From Clostridia bacterium (GTDB lineage: Bacteria; Bacillota; Clostridia; Christensenellales; DTU072), in contig DAONQC010000001.1 in NCBI GenBank assembly GCA_035409945.1, positions 87,361-151,360 of the forward strand: a stretch of 64,000 nucleotides of DNA. The letters are read 5' to 3'. A program made the position numbers and the translations under genes. Of this stretch, positions 9,363-19,249 are shown piece after piece. A model generated the notes under the pieces. That model had not been told where the DNA came from. It saw only the letters and a program-made list of their open reading frames with translations, and made no database searches. The first letter of the stretch is position 1, and every line of letters begins with the position of its first letter.

Positions 9363-10451
9363 TTAGTATTTTATATGTATTTGGGACTCGATAAAGTGTT
9401 TTACACTATCTGCAATGACGAGTACGTCGGAAACATTTTTAATACTACCTCCCCTGAATTCTTTTAAGCATTTTTTAATAATGTCATATAAATCATAAAA
9501 TCCGATAGCATTATTCAAAAACAGATGGACTGCAATTTCATCTGCTGCCACCATAACGGTTCCTTCAAAGTCGCCCATATTTAGGACCTCCATTGCTATT
9601 TCAAGGCACGGAAATCGTTTAAAATCAGGTCTTCCAAAAGTTAAACTCCCTAATGACGGGAGGTCAAGGGGTTTTGCTATACTCTCTAATCTCTTCGGAT
9701 AGGTTAGAGCGTACTGTATGGGTATTGTCATATCAGGATTTGATAACATAGCCTTCATTGAGCCATCTTTAAATTCTACTAGCGAGTGTACAATACTTTC
9801 TTTATGAATTAACACATCTATATCGTTGATGCCGAAAAGATGTTTTGCTTCAATTAATTCCATACCTTTATTCATTAGCGTCGCACTATCTATAGTTACT
9901 TTTGGTCCCATTTTCCAAGTTGGATGTTTTATGGCTTCATTGGATGTTACCATTTTTAATTGCTCTTCAGAATAACTTATGAAAGGACCACCAGAGGCAG
10001 TTAATATTAACTTGCTTACATTAGAAATATCTTCGATACATTGAAAGATTGCGGAGTGTTCACTATCAACTGGTATTATTTTTTTATTGTTGCGTGCTGC
10101 AATTTCCATTATTTTCGAACCGTATGCAACTAGGCTCTCCTTATTTGCGGTTGCTAGCTTAGCAGGACTCTCTAAAATAGCTATTGTTGGCACTAACCCA
10201 GCTAGCCCACTAATCCCATTAATAACAATATCGCAATTTATATATGTTTCGGAATAATTTAACAGTGTTGTATCGCCATGTATAACTTGGGAAGGATTAA
10301 ATCTAGAAATTTGTTCACTTAATAATTTAATATTTCTTTTACAAGATAATAGCGTCACCTCAAACAAATCTCTGTGAGATTCTATAACTTGCAGTGTTTG
10401 AGTACCTATAGACCCTGTTGACCCGATGACTCCTACTTTAATTTTTTTCAT
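9363..10451 (-). CDS. dxr: 1-deoxy-D-xylulose 5-phosphate reductoisomerase
   Basis: 362 aa with GSTGSIG NADPH motif, LANKESLV, PVDSEHSAIFQC and HPTWKMG. Confidence 0.95.
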   Translation of the reverse strand: MKKIKVGVIGSTGSIGTQTLQVIESHRDLFEVTLLSCKRNIKLLSEQISRFNPSQVIHGDTTLLNYSETYINCDIVINGISGLAGLVPTIAILESPAKLATANKESLVAYGSKIMEIAARNNKKIIPVDSEHSAIFQCIEDISNVSKLILTASGGPFISYSEEQLKMVTSNEAIKHPTWKMGPKVTIDSATLMNKGMELIEAKHLFGINDIDVLIHKESIVHSLVEFKDGSMKAMLSNPDMTIPIQYALTYPKRLESIAKPLDLPSLGSLTFGRPDFKRFPCLEIAMEVLNMGDFEGTVMVAADEIAVHLFLNNAIGFYDLYDIIKKCLKEFRGGSIKNVSDVLVIADSVKHFIESQIHIKY

Positions 10452-10542
10452 AATTCTCCTATGTATAAATATAAAAGCTAATTAAACTATAAAAAATAGT
10501 TAATAATGTTAAGAATTAAATTAATGCTTTAGGTTTTAACTG

Positions 10543-11430
10543 TTAACCAAAACTAGTAAAGCTCATGAAAACCGCCATAAAAACAACTGTAAATAGTAAA
10601 CTATCTAATCTGTCTATAATTCCACCATGAGAACCTAAAATTTTTCCAAAATCTTTAATTTCCATACATCTTTTAATTCTACTGGCTATTAAGTCGCCTA
10701 TTTCACCTATAAGTCCTAAAACAATACCTATTATTGGATAAAAAATCCAGGGGTTGTATTTTTCACTAAACACAACAATCCTATTTAGCGGAATTGGAGC
10801 CAGTTCAAACATAGCATAAACTATAATGGCACCAACCGCACCGCCTACTAAACCCATTATAAAGCCAGAATACGTTTTATTGGGACTTATCTTAGGGAAA
10901 ATCTTCGGACCTTTAATTAAGCTCCCAAAATAATAAGCAAAAGCATCAGCCATCATCGCTGCCCCTAATGCCAGCAATAATGGAATCATCCCAAATTGGT
11001 TAATAATTTGGAATGCTATAGTCAAAGGGAGTATTGGATAAAAAAATAAAAACAAGGACACCATAAAATTATTAAATGTTACTTTCGAATCAAAAACGTA
11101 AAATAAAAACAATAAAAGTATGGAAACAATTAATAAAGTGAAAATACCGTGATATCCATTCCCTAAAAATATATCAAAGAGTTTAACTGTTGGATAAGAA
11201 AGTACAAGAATTATACATAGCGGTATTACTTGCGGCGAGTAGCCTCCTGCTTTTGTTGCACAAATCATTTCATATAGCGCTACTGACATAACAATAATAA
11301 GTAATGCGTCAAAAAAATATTGTCCGTAGTAATAACCATTTTCTCCCTTGAGAGTCCCAGTTAAAACAACAACCCCTATAAAGATTGCTAAAAAAGATAA
11401 TCCTTGAACAGTTCGTTTTAATACTTTCAT
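10543..11430 (-). CDS. cdsA: Phosphatidate cytidylyltransferase
   Basis: 295-aa polytopic membrane protein with the CDS signature SRIKRCMEIKDFGKILGSHGGIIDRLDS near the C-terminus. Confidence 0.88.
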   Translation of the reverse strand: MKVLKRTVQGLSFLAIFIGVVVLTGTLKGENGYYYGQYFFDALLIIVMSVALYEMICATKAGGYSPQVIPLCIILVLSYPTVKLFDIFLGNGYHGIFTLLIVSILLLFLFYVFDSKVTFNNFMVSLFLFFYPILPLTIAFQIINQFGMIPLLLALGAAMMADAFAYYFGSLIKGPKIFPKISPNKTYSGFIMGLVGGAVGAIIVYAMFELAPIPLNRIVVFSEKYNPWIFYPIIGIVLGLIGEIGDLIASRIKRCMEIKDFGKILGSHGGIIDRLDSLLFTVVFMAVFMSFTSFG

Positions 11431-12122
11431 TGTTTGATTTCTCCAAAATTACGTTTGATTTTTAAAAATTTCTCTTTAATTATAAAAATATCTTCTCTTG
11501 TTGCATCGGGAAAGTTTTTTTCAAGGAAAAACAACTCCGAATAAACCGATTGATATGTTAAAAAATCGGACAATCGTTTGTGTCCACCATACCTAACAAT
11601 TGCATCTGGGTCCGGTATTGTGGTGGTATATAATCTATTAGAAAGTTCTTTTCTATTAATCGGGGTGTAATCTCCATTATTAATTTTCTCTTCAAGCAAT
11701 AGATTGAATGCTTTAACAATTTCTTCTCTACCACTATATGCTATAGCAATAACTATTTGCATACCTTTATTGTTAACACCAATCTGATATGCTTTTGATA
11801 TAGTTGTAAGCAATTCTTGAGGTAAGCGGTTTAACTCTCCAATAAACATAAGTTTATAACCTCTAGTTCGTACTAACGGGATTAGTTCAGACTCAATGTA
11901 GTCATTAATAATCCCTAAAATTCCATATACCTCACTTACGTCCCGTTTAAAATTATCCAAACTAAATGCATATAAAGATAAAACTTTCACCTCTAGTTCA
12001 TCTGCAGCATCTATTATTTCAGTAATTACGTTAACTGCAGCCTTATGACCACTTAACCTTGGTAATCCTTGCGCTTGTGCCCAGCGACCATTTCCATCCA
12101 TTATAATCGCAAGATGTTTCAT
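11427..12122 (-). CDS. uppS: Undecaprenyl diphosphate synthase (cis-prenyltransferase)
   Basis: 231 aa with HLAIIMDGNGRWA, FS.DNFKR and RYGG..RLSDFL motifs. Its stop overlaps the cdsA start. Confidence 0.95.
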   Translation of the reverse strand: MKHLAIIMDGNGRWAQAQGLPRLSGHKAAVNVITEIIDAADELEVKVLSLYAFSLDNFKRDVSEVYGILGIINDYIESELIPLVRTRGYKLMFIGELNRLPQELLTTISKAYQIGVNNKGMQIVIAIAYSGREEIVKAFNLLLEEKINNGDYTPINRKELSNRLYTTTIPDPDAIVRYGGHKRLSDFLTYQSVYSELFFLEKNFPDATREDIFIIKEKFLKIKRNFGEIKQ

Positions 12123-12698
12123 TTATACAGACATTATCTCTTTTTCTTTCTCAGTAGTTAATTCATCGACTTTTTGGACAAACTCACTAACCGACTTATC
12201 AACATCTTTTTCTGATACTTTTAATTCATCTTCTGTAAGTAGCTTTTCTTTTTCTAGCGATCTTAGTTTACTAATTTGATCTCTCCTAATATTACGTATT
12301 GCAATCTTAGTTGTTTCGGCTTGACTGCGTATATCTTTAACTAGAGATTTTCTTCTCTCTTCATTTAGTTCAGGGAAAATTAATCTTAAAACCTTACCGT
12401 CATTACTAGGGAAGATGCCGACATTTGCGTCTATGATTGCCTTTTCAACTGTTTTTAATGCGCTAGCATCCCAAACATTAACAACCAACATTCTAGCTTC
12501 CGGTATGGTTATATTGGCCATTTGATTAATGGGCGTAGGAACGCCATAGTAATTAACAGTAACTTTGTCTAATATTCTGGGATTTGCCCTACCTGCTCTC
12601 ATTAAGGCTAGTTCATTTTTGTAGTTTTCTATCGATTTTTCACATTTTGCTTCAAGATCTAGAAAAATCTCTTGAATAAATTCGTTTTCATACGCCAT
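12123..12698 (-). CDS. frr: Ribosome recycling factor
   Basis: 191 aa with LMRAGRANPRILD, IFPSNDG..LRLIFPELNEERR and IRNIRRD. Confidence 0.95.
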   Translation of the reverse strand: MAYENEFIQEIFLDLEAKCEKSIENYKNELALMRAGRANPRILDKVTVNYYGVPTPINQMANITIPEARMLVVNVWDASALKTVEKAIIDANVGIFPSNDGKVLRLIFPELNEERRKSLVKDIRSQAETTKIAIRNIRRDQISKLRSLEKEKLLTEDELKVSEKDVDKSVSEFVQKVDELTTEKEKEIMSV

Positions 12699-12748
12699 GA
12701 TATCTATCTCCTATTGTTTAAGTACAAGTAACATATTTACTTTAAAAT

Positions 12749-12777
12749 AATATACCATAAGTAAGCCAATTATTCAA
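12749..12777 (-). promoter_or_regulatory. Candidate sigma-A promoter for frr-uppS-cdsA-dxr...
   Basis: The minus strand reads TTGAAT-N17-(TGg)TATATT about 45 nt upstream of the frr SD (AATAGGAGA). Confidence 0.35.
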
Positions 12778-12928
12778 CAATGCAATCATTTGATAAGTCA
12801 ATAGACAAAACAAATATAATACACTACAAAAACATAAACTCCACTGTTTTTAACTACGTTTTCATAACAAATAAAAAAACATCGTCTAAAATTACAATGT
12901 TTTGTATTACATTTATATCTTTTGTATG

Positions 12929-12955
12929 AAAAAGGGGTTGTGTTTTTACAACCCC
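12929..12955 (-). terminator. Rho-independent terminator after the tRNA cluster
   Basis: The minus strand reads GGGGTTGT-aaaaac-ACAACCCC followed by TTTTT. Confidence 0.7.
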
Positions 12956-12960
12956 TATGA

Positions 12961-13045
12961 TGGTGGGCAGGGATGGATTCGAACCATCGAAGTCTCCGAC
13001 GGCAGATTTACAGTCTGCTCCCTTTAACCACTCGGGAACCTACCC
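12961..13045 (-). tRNA. tRNA-Tyr (GTA), class II long variable arm, CCA encoded
   Basis: The reverse complement is GGGTAGGTTCCCGAGTGGTTAAAGGGAGCAGACTGTAAATCTGC...GGTTCGAATCCATCCCTGCCCACCA. I folded the cloverleaf by eye. The anticodon loop is CTGTAAA. Confidence 0.9.
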
Positions 13046-13057
13046 ATATATTTAAAT

Positions 13058-13133
13058 TGGAGCTGGCTATCGGATTTGAACCAACGACCTACTGATTACA
13101 AATCAGTTGCTCTACCAGCTGAGCTAAGCCAGC
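13058..13133 (-). tRNA. tRNA-Thr (TGT)
   Basis: The reverse complement is GCTGGCTTAGCTCAGCTGGTAGAGCAACTGATTTGTAATCAGTAGGTCGTTGGTTCAAATCCGATAGCCAGCTCCA. The anticodon loop is TTTGTAA. Confidence 0.9.
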
Positions 13134-13146
13134 ATACACTTAGACT

Positions 13147-13222
13147 TGGTGCCTTGGGACGGAATTGAACCGCCGACACAGGGATTTTCAGTCCCTTGCT
13201 CTACCGACTGAGCTACCAAGGC
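13147..13222 (-). tRNA. tRNA-Phe (GAA)
   Basis: The reverse complement is GCCTTGGTAGCTCAGTCGGTAGAGCAAGGGACTGAAAATCCCTGTGTCGGCGGTTCAATTCCGTCCCAAGGCACCA. Confidence 0.92.
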
Positions 13223-13228
13223 AAAAAA

Positions 13229-13305
13229 TGGCGATCCGGAAGGGACTCGAACCCTCGACCTCTAGCGTGACAGGCTAGCGTTCTAACCAACTGAACTACC
13301 GGACC
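13229..13305 (-). tRNA. tRNA-Asp (GTC)
   Basis: The reverse complement is GGTCCGGTAGTTCAGTTGGTTAGAACGCTAGCCTGTCACGCTAGAGGTCGAGGGTTCGAGTCCCTTCCGGATCGCCA. Confidence 0.92.
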
Positions 13306-13347
13306 TTAAAGTCATTCATTTTTTACAGCATATACTAATTTAATTGG

Positions 13348-13424
13348 TGGTGGGCCTTCACGGACTCGAACCGCGGACCAGTCGGTTATGAGCCGACCGC
13401 TCTAACCAACTGAGCTAAAGGCCC
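13348..13424 (-). tRNA. tRNA with CAT anticodon (elongator Met or lysidine-type Ile2; not initiator-like)
   Basis: The reverse complement is GGGCCTTTAGCTCAGTTGGTTAGAGCGGTCGGCTCATAACCGACTGGTCCGCGGTTCGAGTCCGTGAAGGCCCACCA. The 1:72 pair is G-C and the anticodon stem lacks the three-G:C stack of initiators. Confidence 0.85.
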
Positions 13425-13442
13425 TCACGCATTTTATGCCTT

Positions 13443-13519
13443 TGGTCGGGATGAAGAGATTTGAACTCCCAGCCTCTTGGTCCCAAACCAAGCGCGCTAC
13501 CAAGTTGCGCCACATCCCG
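13443..13519 (-). tRNA. tRNA-Pro (TGG)
   Basis: The reverse complement is CGGGATGTGGCGCAACTTGGTAGCGCGCTTGGTTTGGGACCAAGAGGCTGGGAGTTCAAATCTCTTCATCCCGACCA. Confidence 0.9.
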
Positions 13520-13542
13520 TTTGTCATAACGAGCACTTTGAT

Positions 13543-13571
13543 AGTTTACATTAAGATATTTGTATTGTCAA
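13543..13571 (-). promoter_or_regulatory. Sigma-A type promoter of the 6-tRNA cluster
   Basis: The minus strand reads TTGACA-N17-TAAACT, with the -10 ending about 23 nt upstream of the tRNA-Pro 5' end. Confidence 0.6.
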
Positions 13572-13669
13572 TCTTTTATAAACAAAATTAACCTATTTTA
13601 TTACGGTGTTTATCAGAGATAAATATGTGATTATTTTACGTACTTTGACAAGTAAATACGTTAACAATA

Positions 13670-15829
13670 TCAAACTCCTCTACGCACAGAGATAACTTCT
13701 GGTAGTTCACTGAGTTTTTGTATAATTGACTCCAACTCAGCAGCTTCTTTAATTTCTAATCCTAAACTAATATGAGTTTTGTTCATTGGTTTTTTATGGA
13801 TTTCTAACGAACTAATAGATACTCCCTTTGCGGCAAGTAGTGGTATAAAAGAATTAACTAGTCCTGCCCGGTCTTCACACTCCATTTTTAGATATGCGGT
13901 ATATAGCTGTGTAGCATTTTGGGAATCAGCCCATTTAGCCTCTAATAAACGTTCTTTTTCCATGTTTTTAATATTAGGACAATCTATTCTATGAATGGAA
14001 ACTCCAGTGCCTCTAGAAGCATATCCTACTATTAAATCTCCTGGTAATGGATTACAACACTTACTAAGTTTAACGAGAAAGCCATCATATCCTTCAATCA
14101 ATATATTGCTGATGTTTTTCCTTTTTTTATCTTGACTAGTTTCAAAAGCAGGTTGAGGATTAGCTACATATTGATGTTTTACATATCTATCAATAAGTTT
14201 TGTTATAATTTGATTTGACGTTAAAGAGCCATGCCCCACAGAAGCATACATTTCGTCTAAAGACGTAATTGAATAACGTTCATTAAGATTTTGTAAAGAT
14301 TCTTTTATGGATATCAAGTCCGATAAATTATACCCTCGTCTTTTTGCTTCCCTTTCAAGAATATCTCTGCCTAATTTAATATTGTCTTCTTGTTGAATTT
14401 TTTTGAAAAAAGCCTTGATTTTAGATTTTGCTTGTGAAGATTTTACAATTTTTAACCAGTCACGGCTTGGTCCTTTTGCATTTTTTTGCGTCAAAATCTC
14501 AATAACATCACCCGTTTTTAATGTTGTGTTTAGAGGTACTAATTTCCCATTAATCTTAGCACCTACACAAGAATTACCTATTTCACTATGAATGCGATAT
14601 GCAAAATCTAATGGAGTAGAATCTAGAGGTAAATCAATAACATCTCCCTTAGGCGTAAAAACAAATATCTCATTGGGTAAAATATTTGTTTTAAGAGCTG
14701 CTAAAAACTCTGCACTGTCCTTAATTTCATTCTCCGACTCAACCATTTCTTGAATCCAGCCAATATGCTTATCGTGTTCAGAGAATTTTATGTTTTCTTT
14801 ATTCTCTTTATACTTCCAGTGAGCTGCCAGTCCATATTCCGCCACTCTATTCATTTCTATTGTTCTTATTTGAATTTCAAAAACCTGACCAAAATTGCTA
14901 ATTACTGTTGTATGAAGCGACTGGTATTGATTTGGTTTTGGCATGCTTATATAATCTTTAAATCTTCCTGGGATTGGTTTCCACAGCGAATGAATAATAC
15001 CTAAAACAGTATAACATTGACTCTCCGTCTCAACTATCACTCGTATAGCAATCAAGTCATATATTTCATCTAGTGTTTTGCCTTGGTTTTTCATTTTTTT
15101 ATAGATGCTATATAAATGTTTTGGGCGACCTTTTATATCCGCCTTAATATGTGATGCGATAAGTTCTGCTGAGAGCCTATCTATAATCCTATTGACCATT
15201 GCCATACTTTCTTTTCTCTTAATTTCTAACTGATTAGAAAGTTCATAATAATCATCAGGGTATAAATATTTAAAACATAAATCTTCAAGTTCTATTTTAA
15301 TTTGAGAAAAGCCTAACCTACTCGCAATTGGTGCGTATATTTCTAACGTTTCTTTAGCTATTCTTACTTGTTTTTCTCTAGGTAATGATTCTAATGTTCG
15401 AATGTTATGCAAACGATCTGCTAACTTAATAAAAATTACTCTAGAATCATTTGCGATTGACAAAAATAATTTTCGATAGTTTTCAGTCTGCTCCTCTTCA
15501 ATTGATTTAAATTTTATTTTGGATAATTTGGTTACACTCATTACAAGGTAATGTATCTCATCCCCAAACTTACGTTTTAAAACGTCATCTGAACAATCGG
15601 TATCTTCAATTACATCATGTAATAAGGCGGCCGAAATACACGCAAAATCGAGACCATAATCTACGAGTATAGAAGCGGTATTGATAGGATGGGTTATATA
15701 AGCATCCCCTGAAAGCCTAGTTTGCCCCTTATGACACTCTTTTGCAAACTCAAGTGCATACTGAATCATTTGATACTCTTCAGGAGCATAAGCTTCTTTA
15801 CATTTAGTTAATAATTCCGATTCATTCAT
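13670..15829 (-). CDS. rel: Bifunctional (p)ppGpp synthetase/hydrolase (RelA/SpoT homolog)
   Basis: 719 aa with an HD hydrolase domain (HPINTA..LLHDVIEDT), a synthetase domain (RPKHLYSIYKKM, YQSLHTTV) and TGS and ACT-like C-terminal regions. Confidence 0.95.
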   Translation of the reverse strand: MNESELLTKCKEAYAPEEYQMIQYALEFAKECHKGQTRLSGDAYITHPINTASILVDYGLDFACISAALLHDVIEDTDCSDDVLKRKFGDEIHYLVMSVTKLSKIKFKSIEEEQTENYRKLFLSIANDSRVIFIKLADRLHNIRTLESLPREKQVRIAKETLEIYAPIASRLGFSQIKIELEDLCFKYLYPDDYYELSNQLEIKRKESMAMVNRIIDRLSAELIASHIKADIKGRPKHLYSIYKKMKNQGKTLDEIYDLIAIRVIVETESQCYTVLGIIHSLWKPIPGRFKDYISMPKPNQYQSLHTTVISNFGQVFEIQIRTIEMNRVAEYGLAAHWKYKENKENIKFSEHDKHIGWIQEMVESENEIKDSAEFLAALKTNILPNEIFVFTPKGDVIDLPLDSTPLDFAYRIHSEIGNSCVGAKINGKLVPLNTTLKTGDVIEILTQKNAKGPSRDWLKIVKSSQAKSKIKAFFKKIQQEDNIKLGRDILEREAKRRGYNLSDLISIKESLQNLNERYSITSLDEMYASVGHGSLTSNQIITKLIDRYVKHQYVANPQPAFETSQDKKRKNISNILIEGYDGFLVKLSKCCNPLPGDLIVGYASRGTGVSIHRIDCPNIKNMEKERLLEAKWADSQNATQLYTAYLKMECEDRAGLVNSFIPLLAAKGVSISSLEIHKKPMNKTHISLGLEIKEAAELESIIQKLSELPEVISVRRGV

Positions 15830-15854
15830 AAACTGTCATTGTTAAATTCTTACA

Positions 15855-18110
15855 TTATATATCATTAATAAACTTATATACTTCTGACGACTCTAGACGT
15901 TGGCACTTTTCAGTTATAGTAATAGCCCCGCCTTGCAAAAATATTGCATTAATTTCTTGTAATATTATAATACAAATAATAAACTCTTGGAAAGTCATGG
16001 TTAAGCCTTTACTATGTAGATACATATAAATCTCATTAAAATCAGAAAAATTTTTATTCTTAGAGAATGCATTGATAAACAAATAACACTGTTCAACATA
16101 ATCTCTTGTAATAATTAATTTCATTGATTTATCATCATTTAATTCTATATATTTTAGCGGTATGTTTGTTGTTTCATAATATTGTCGGTTAATACTTTTA
16201 ATAGCGTTTGGAGAATCGACAACAACAAGACTCGAATAATAATCAAAATTGATATCTTCATCAGGTGATAAAACAATTGTATTGATCGGATTACGTGTCG
16301 AGAGCTTTTTATAAGCTTTTAGATATTTAGGATACTTTTTTGTCATTATATTGAAATGTTCTATAGACCAAACCAAAATAAGTTCACCAAAAATATCGTT
16401 AGGTTCATTTTTTTTTCTCTCCACAAGATACTTGTTTTGTTTAGGTAATATTCTTGAATAGTAGTTATAAAACAATTGTTCCCTTGGAATATTAAAATCA
16501 ACGAGTTCTACATCTTGTATTATACAACTAGCATAAATTCGTTTGTTGAATTGTTTCGCATCAATAGTGTAATATATATTTTTCTCAACACTCGCTTCTA
16601 ATATCTCCTTAAAATAAATTTTATTAAAGGCTACAAACTCAACTTGATTGCTCAATATACGTTTGATATGCGGGTGATTTTTTATCCTTTCAGTTTTAAA
16701 CTCATTTATAATTGATTTAAAAACAGGTCGTTTATTACCTACGCCAAAAGGTTCTAACAGTTTTAACTCATTAGCAAATGAAAGTGATATATCATTTATA
16801 TCCATTTCAAACTCGTAATATATACTTGGTAAGAAAGTATCTTGATGGTAGGTTTTACGCATATAACTATTGCAATCTTCAACAAATTTATCTAAATTAA
16901 TCTCCTCTAACTGTAAGCCCGCTGCCATAGTATGACCACCAAAATTAGATAAATGTTTTTTATTATTATTCAGTATATCTAGTAAATCAACACCTATTAT
17001 ACTCCTTCCAGAACCTTTAATTAAACCATTAGAACTTTTAGTTAATATGATAGTTGGTCTATTAAACATTTCGACTAGTTTTGCTGCAACTATGCCAACA
17101 ATACCGGATTCCCATTGAGGATCATATAATACTATAATTGGATTATTTGCTATGTCATAAAATAATAGCTTGTCCTGAGCTTCTGCTAAAGCTTTATCAC
17201 ATAAATTTTGTCTTAATCTATTTTCGGCATCTAATTCATTTGCCAGATTGCATATTTCTGACTTGTTGTTTGATACAAGCAATCTGAATGCTTTATTTGC
17301 ATCTGTTAGACGTCCAGCAGCATTTAATCGTGGGGCAATTTTAAAGGCTATATCACTAGCATCAATTTCTTTATCTTTATTTTGCGTAGCAAGTTTAATG
17401 ATCTCGAGTATACCAGGTCGTGTAATACCATTATTAATCAATTTTAATCCTTCTTTGACAATAATTCGATTGTATCCTCGAAGTGGAACTATATCTGCAA
17501 TCGTGGATATAGCACAGATATCTAGATATTCTTTTGCTTCAGTAAATCCAAATAAGGATTTAATAAGCATAAAAGCTACACCGGCTCCCGAAAATTCTGC
17601 TTCAACTTCATTTTGTAATTTAGGATTTACAACTATACAGTCTGGCAAAATTGAACCCGGTTCATGATGGTCTGTTATTAAAACATCTATATTTAGTTTT
17701 TTCAAATAATCAACTTCTCTGTGTGATTGAATACCACAATCTACTGTAATTAGTAACGCAGGATTATACTTAGGTATAATGCGTTGCAATGTTTCGACAT
17801 TCAATCCATAACCATCTTCTTCTCGTGATGGTAAAAAAACATCAACATCAACATCTCGCTTTTTAAGTGCTAAATATAAGATTGACGATGCTCCAATCCC
17901 GTCACAATCATAATCGCCATATATTAATATTTTACTTCTTCTAAGAATATGTGATTTTATTAATTCGGTGGCTATATCAATGTTAATTAACATTTCAGAT
18001 TTATCTAATTGTTCCAATTTAGGGAAAAGGAAATTATTAATTTCTAGAGGACTATGTAGTCCTCTATTGTAAAGAAGTTGGATTAAATTACTACTGTAGC
18101 TTTTAAACAT
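15855..18110 (-). CDS. recJ: Single-stranded-DNA-specific exonuclease RecJ
   Basis: 751 aa with DHH family motifs (YGDYDCDGI, TVDCG, ITDHH) and DHHA1 (GGHTMAAG). Confidence 0.92.
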   Translation of the reverse strand: MFKSYSSNLIQLLYNRGLHSPLEINNFLFPKLEQLDKSEMLINIDIATELIKSHILRRSKILIYGDYDCDGIGASSILYLALKKRDVDVDVFLPSREEDGYGLNVETLQRIIPKYNPALLITVDCGIQSHREVDYLKKLNIDVLITDHHEPGSILPDCIVVNPKLQNEVEAEFSGAGVAFMLIKSLFGFTEAKEYLDICAISTIADIVPLRGYNRIIVKEGLKLINNGITRPGILEIIKLATQNKDKEIDASDIAFKIAPRLNAAGRLTDANKAFRLLVSNNKSEICNLANELDAENRLRQNLCDKALAEAQDKLLFYDIANNPIIVLYDPQWESGIVGIVAAKLVEMFNRPTIILTKSSNGLIKGSGRSIIGVDLLDILNNNKKHLSNFGGHTMAAGLQLEEINLDKFVEDCNSYMRKTYHQDTFLPSIYYEFEMDINDISLSFANELKLLEPFGVGNKRPVFKSIINEFKTERIKNHPHIKRILSNQVEFVAFNKIYFKEILEASVEKNIYYTIDAKQFNKRIYASCIIQDVELVDFNIPREQLFYNYYSRILPKQNKYLVERKKNEPNDIFGELILVWSIEHFNIMTKKYPKYLKAYKKLSTRNPINTIVLSPDEDINFDYYSSLVVVDSPNAIKSINRQYYETTNIPLKYIELNDDKSMKLIITRDYVEQCYLFINAFSKNKNFSDFNEIYMYLHSKGLTMTFQEFIICIIILQEINAIFLQGGAITITEKCQRLESSEVYKFINDI

Positions 18111-18127
18111 AATTTGTTGCTTATAAT

Positions 18128-18155
18128 CAAAAATATAGCCCGTGTAATACGGGCT
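18128..18155 (-). terminator. Hairpin terminator downstream of secF
   Basis: AGCCCGT-gtaat-ACGGGCT stem-loop. On the minus strand it is followed by ATATTTTT. The hairpin also has a T-run on the plus strand, so it has a bidirectional shape. Confidence 0.55.
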
Positions 18156-18166
18156 TTTATTGATTA

Positions 18167-19249
18167 TTATCGTTTAATACTTTTAGCCTTTTTAGGCGCT
18201 TTATTTAACTTTAAATTCATTAGTGTACCCCAAATGCTTGGTGCTAAAAATAAAGAGGAATATAACCCTGATAAAACACCAAATATTATAGGTAAAGCAA
18301 ATTCAGTTAATGCCCTTACTCCCATCATTGCTAATATTGATATTGTTAGTAGTGTTGTAATTGAGGAAAATATCATCCTAGTTAAACTTTGTGTTACTGA
18401 TAAATCAACTAGTTCTCCTGGAATTATTTTAAAATTTTGTGCTCTTACTATAGCCATATTACTTCTAATTCTATCAAAAACGAGAAGTGTATTATTTATG
18501 GAATATGCAACAATAGTAATAAGTCCAGCAATAATAGCGGAATTAATTTGTATTCTAAATATTATAACCAATGCCAACATTATAATAATATCATTAATTT
18601 GTATCAAAAGCGCAGAAATACCACTGAAAAAATCGAATCTAATTGCTGTGTAAATCAACATTATTGCCAAAGCTATACCAACAGATAATGCGGCTTTTTT
18701 TATTAAATCTGAACTCGCTGTTGCATTAATTAATTCAGCGTTCGCTGTTACATTTTTATCTGCACCATAATCGGTTTTTAGCATGTTGGTTATTTTATCT
18801 TCTAGATTACTATTAATTGTTAACATCTGTGGTGTTTTATCAGTCGTATTAAGATTTTCAATACTGCCATCAGGTTTAATAACTGAGTTTGGATAACGAA
18901 TAATTATTGCGCTCGAACCACTCGTTTGATTTGATGTCACTTGTAAACCTTCTGTTTCGATTAAATCTAACACGGATGTAACCGCTCTATCCTTATCTTC
19001 ACTTTTAACACCAGTCATTTCTATTGTTAGTACTGTTCCTCCTTTAAAATCTACACCAATATTTGCAAATCCATCATATTTATTTCCAGTCTGACTGTAT
19101 ACAGTACCGCAAACTAATGCTATAAAAATAATAGCTAATGGTAAAATAAACCAATAAGGAGCATTTTGAAATATTTTCATTGGGGATTTTACACCAAGAA
19201 TTTGATTTAATCCACTATTTGTTATAACCTTAGGCTTTCTTTTTTTCAT
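18167..19249 (-). CDS. secF: Protein translocase subunit SecF
   Basis: 360 aa with the SecD/SecF C-terminal 6-TM module (DFKGGT, VFDRIR). Its start overlaps the secD end by 20 nt. Confidence 0.9.
   Translation of the reverse strand: MKKRKPKVITNSGLNQILGVKSPMKIFQNAPYWFILPLAIIFIALVCGTVYSQTGNKYDGFANIGVDFKGGTVLTIEMTGVKSEDKDRAVTSVLDLIETEGLQVTSNQTSGSSAIIIRYPNSVIKPDGSIENLNTTDKTPQMLTINSNLEDKITNMLKTDYGADKNVTANAELINATASSDLIKKAALSVGIALAIMLIYTAIRFDFFSGISALLIQINDIIIMLALVIIFRIQINSAIIAGLITIVAYSINNTLLVFDRIRSNMAIVRAQNFKIIPGELVDLSVTQSLTRMIFSSITTLLTISILAMMGVRALTEFALPIIFGVLSGLYSSLFLAPSIWGTLMNLKLNKAPKKAKSIKR

Noticed and set aside
18114-18653. A 179-aa plus-strand ORF. Other long plus-strand ORFs include 54357-54995 (212 aa), 37521-38096 (191 aa), 44051-44470, 17248-17667, 50400-50825, 4448-4840, 40 kb-region ORFs and 31675-32045.
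   Set aside because: All lie antisense to, and fully inside, minus-strand genes with unambiguous homology (secF, the EIIC-like gene, the lipoprotein gene, icd, recJ, coaE, pnp and others), or they overlap the tRNA-Leu genes. They have no SD or promoter and have the low-complexity composition typical of shadow ORFs in AT-rich genomes.
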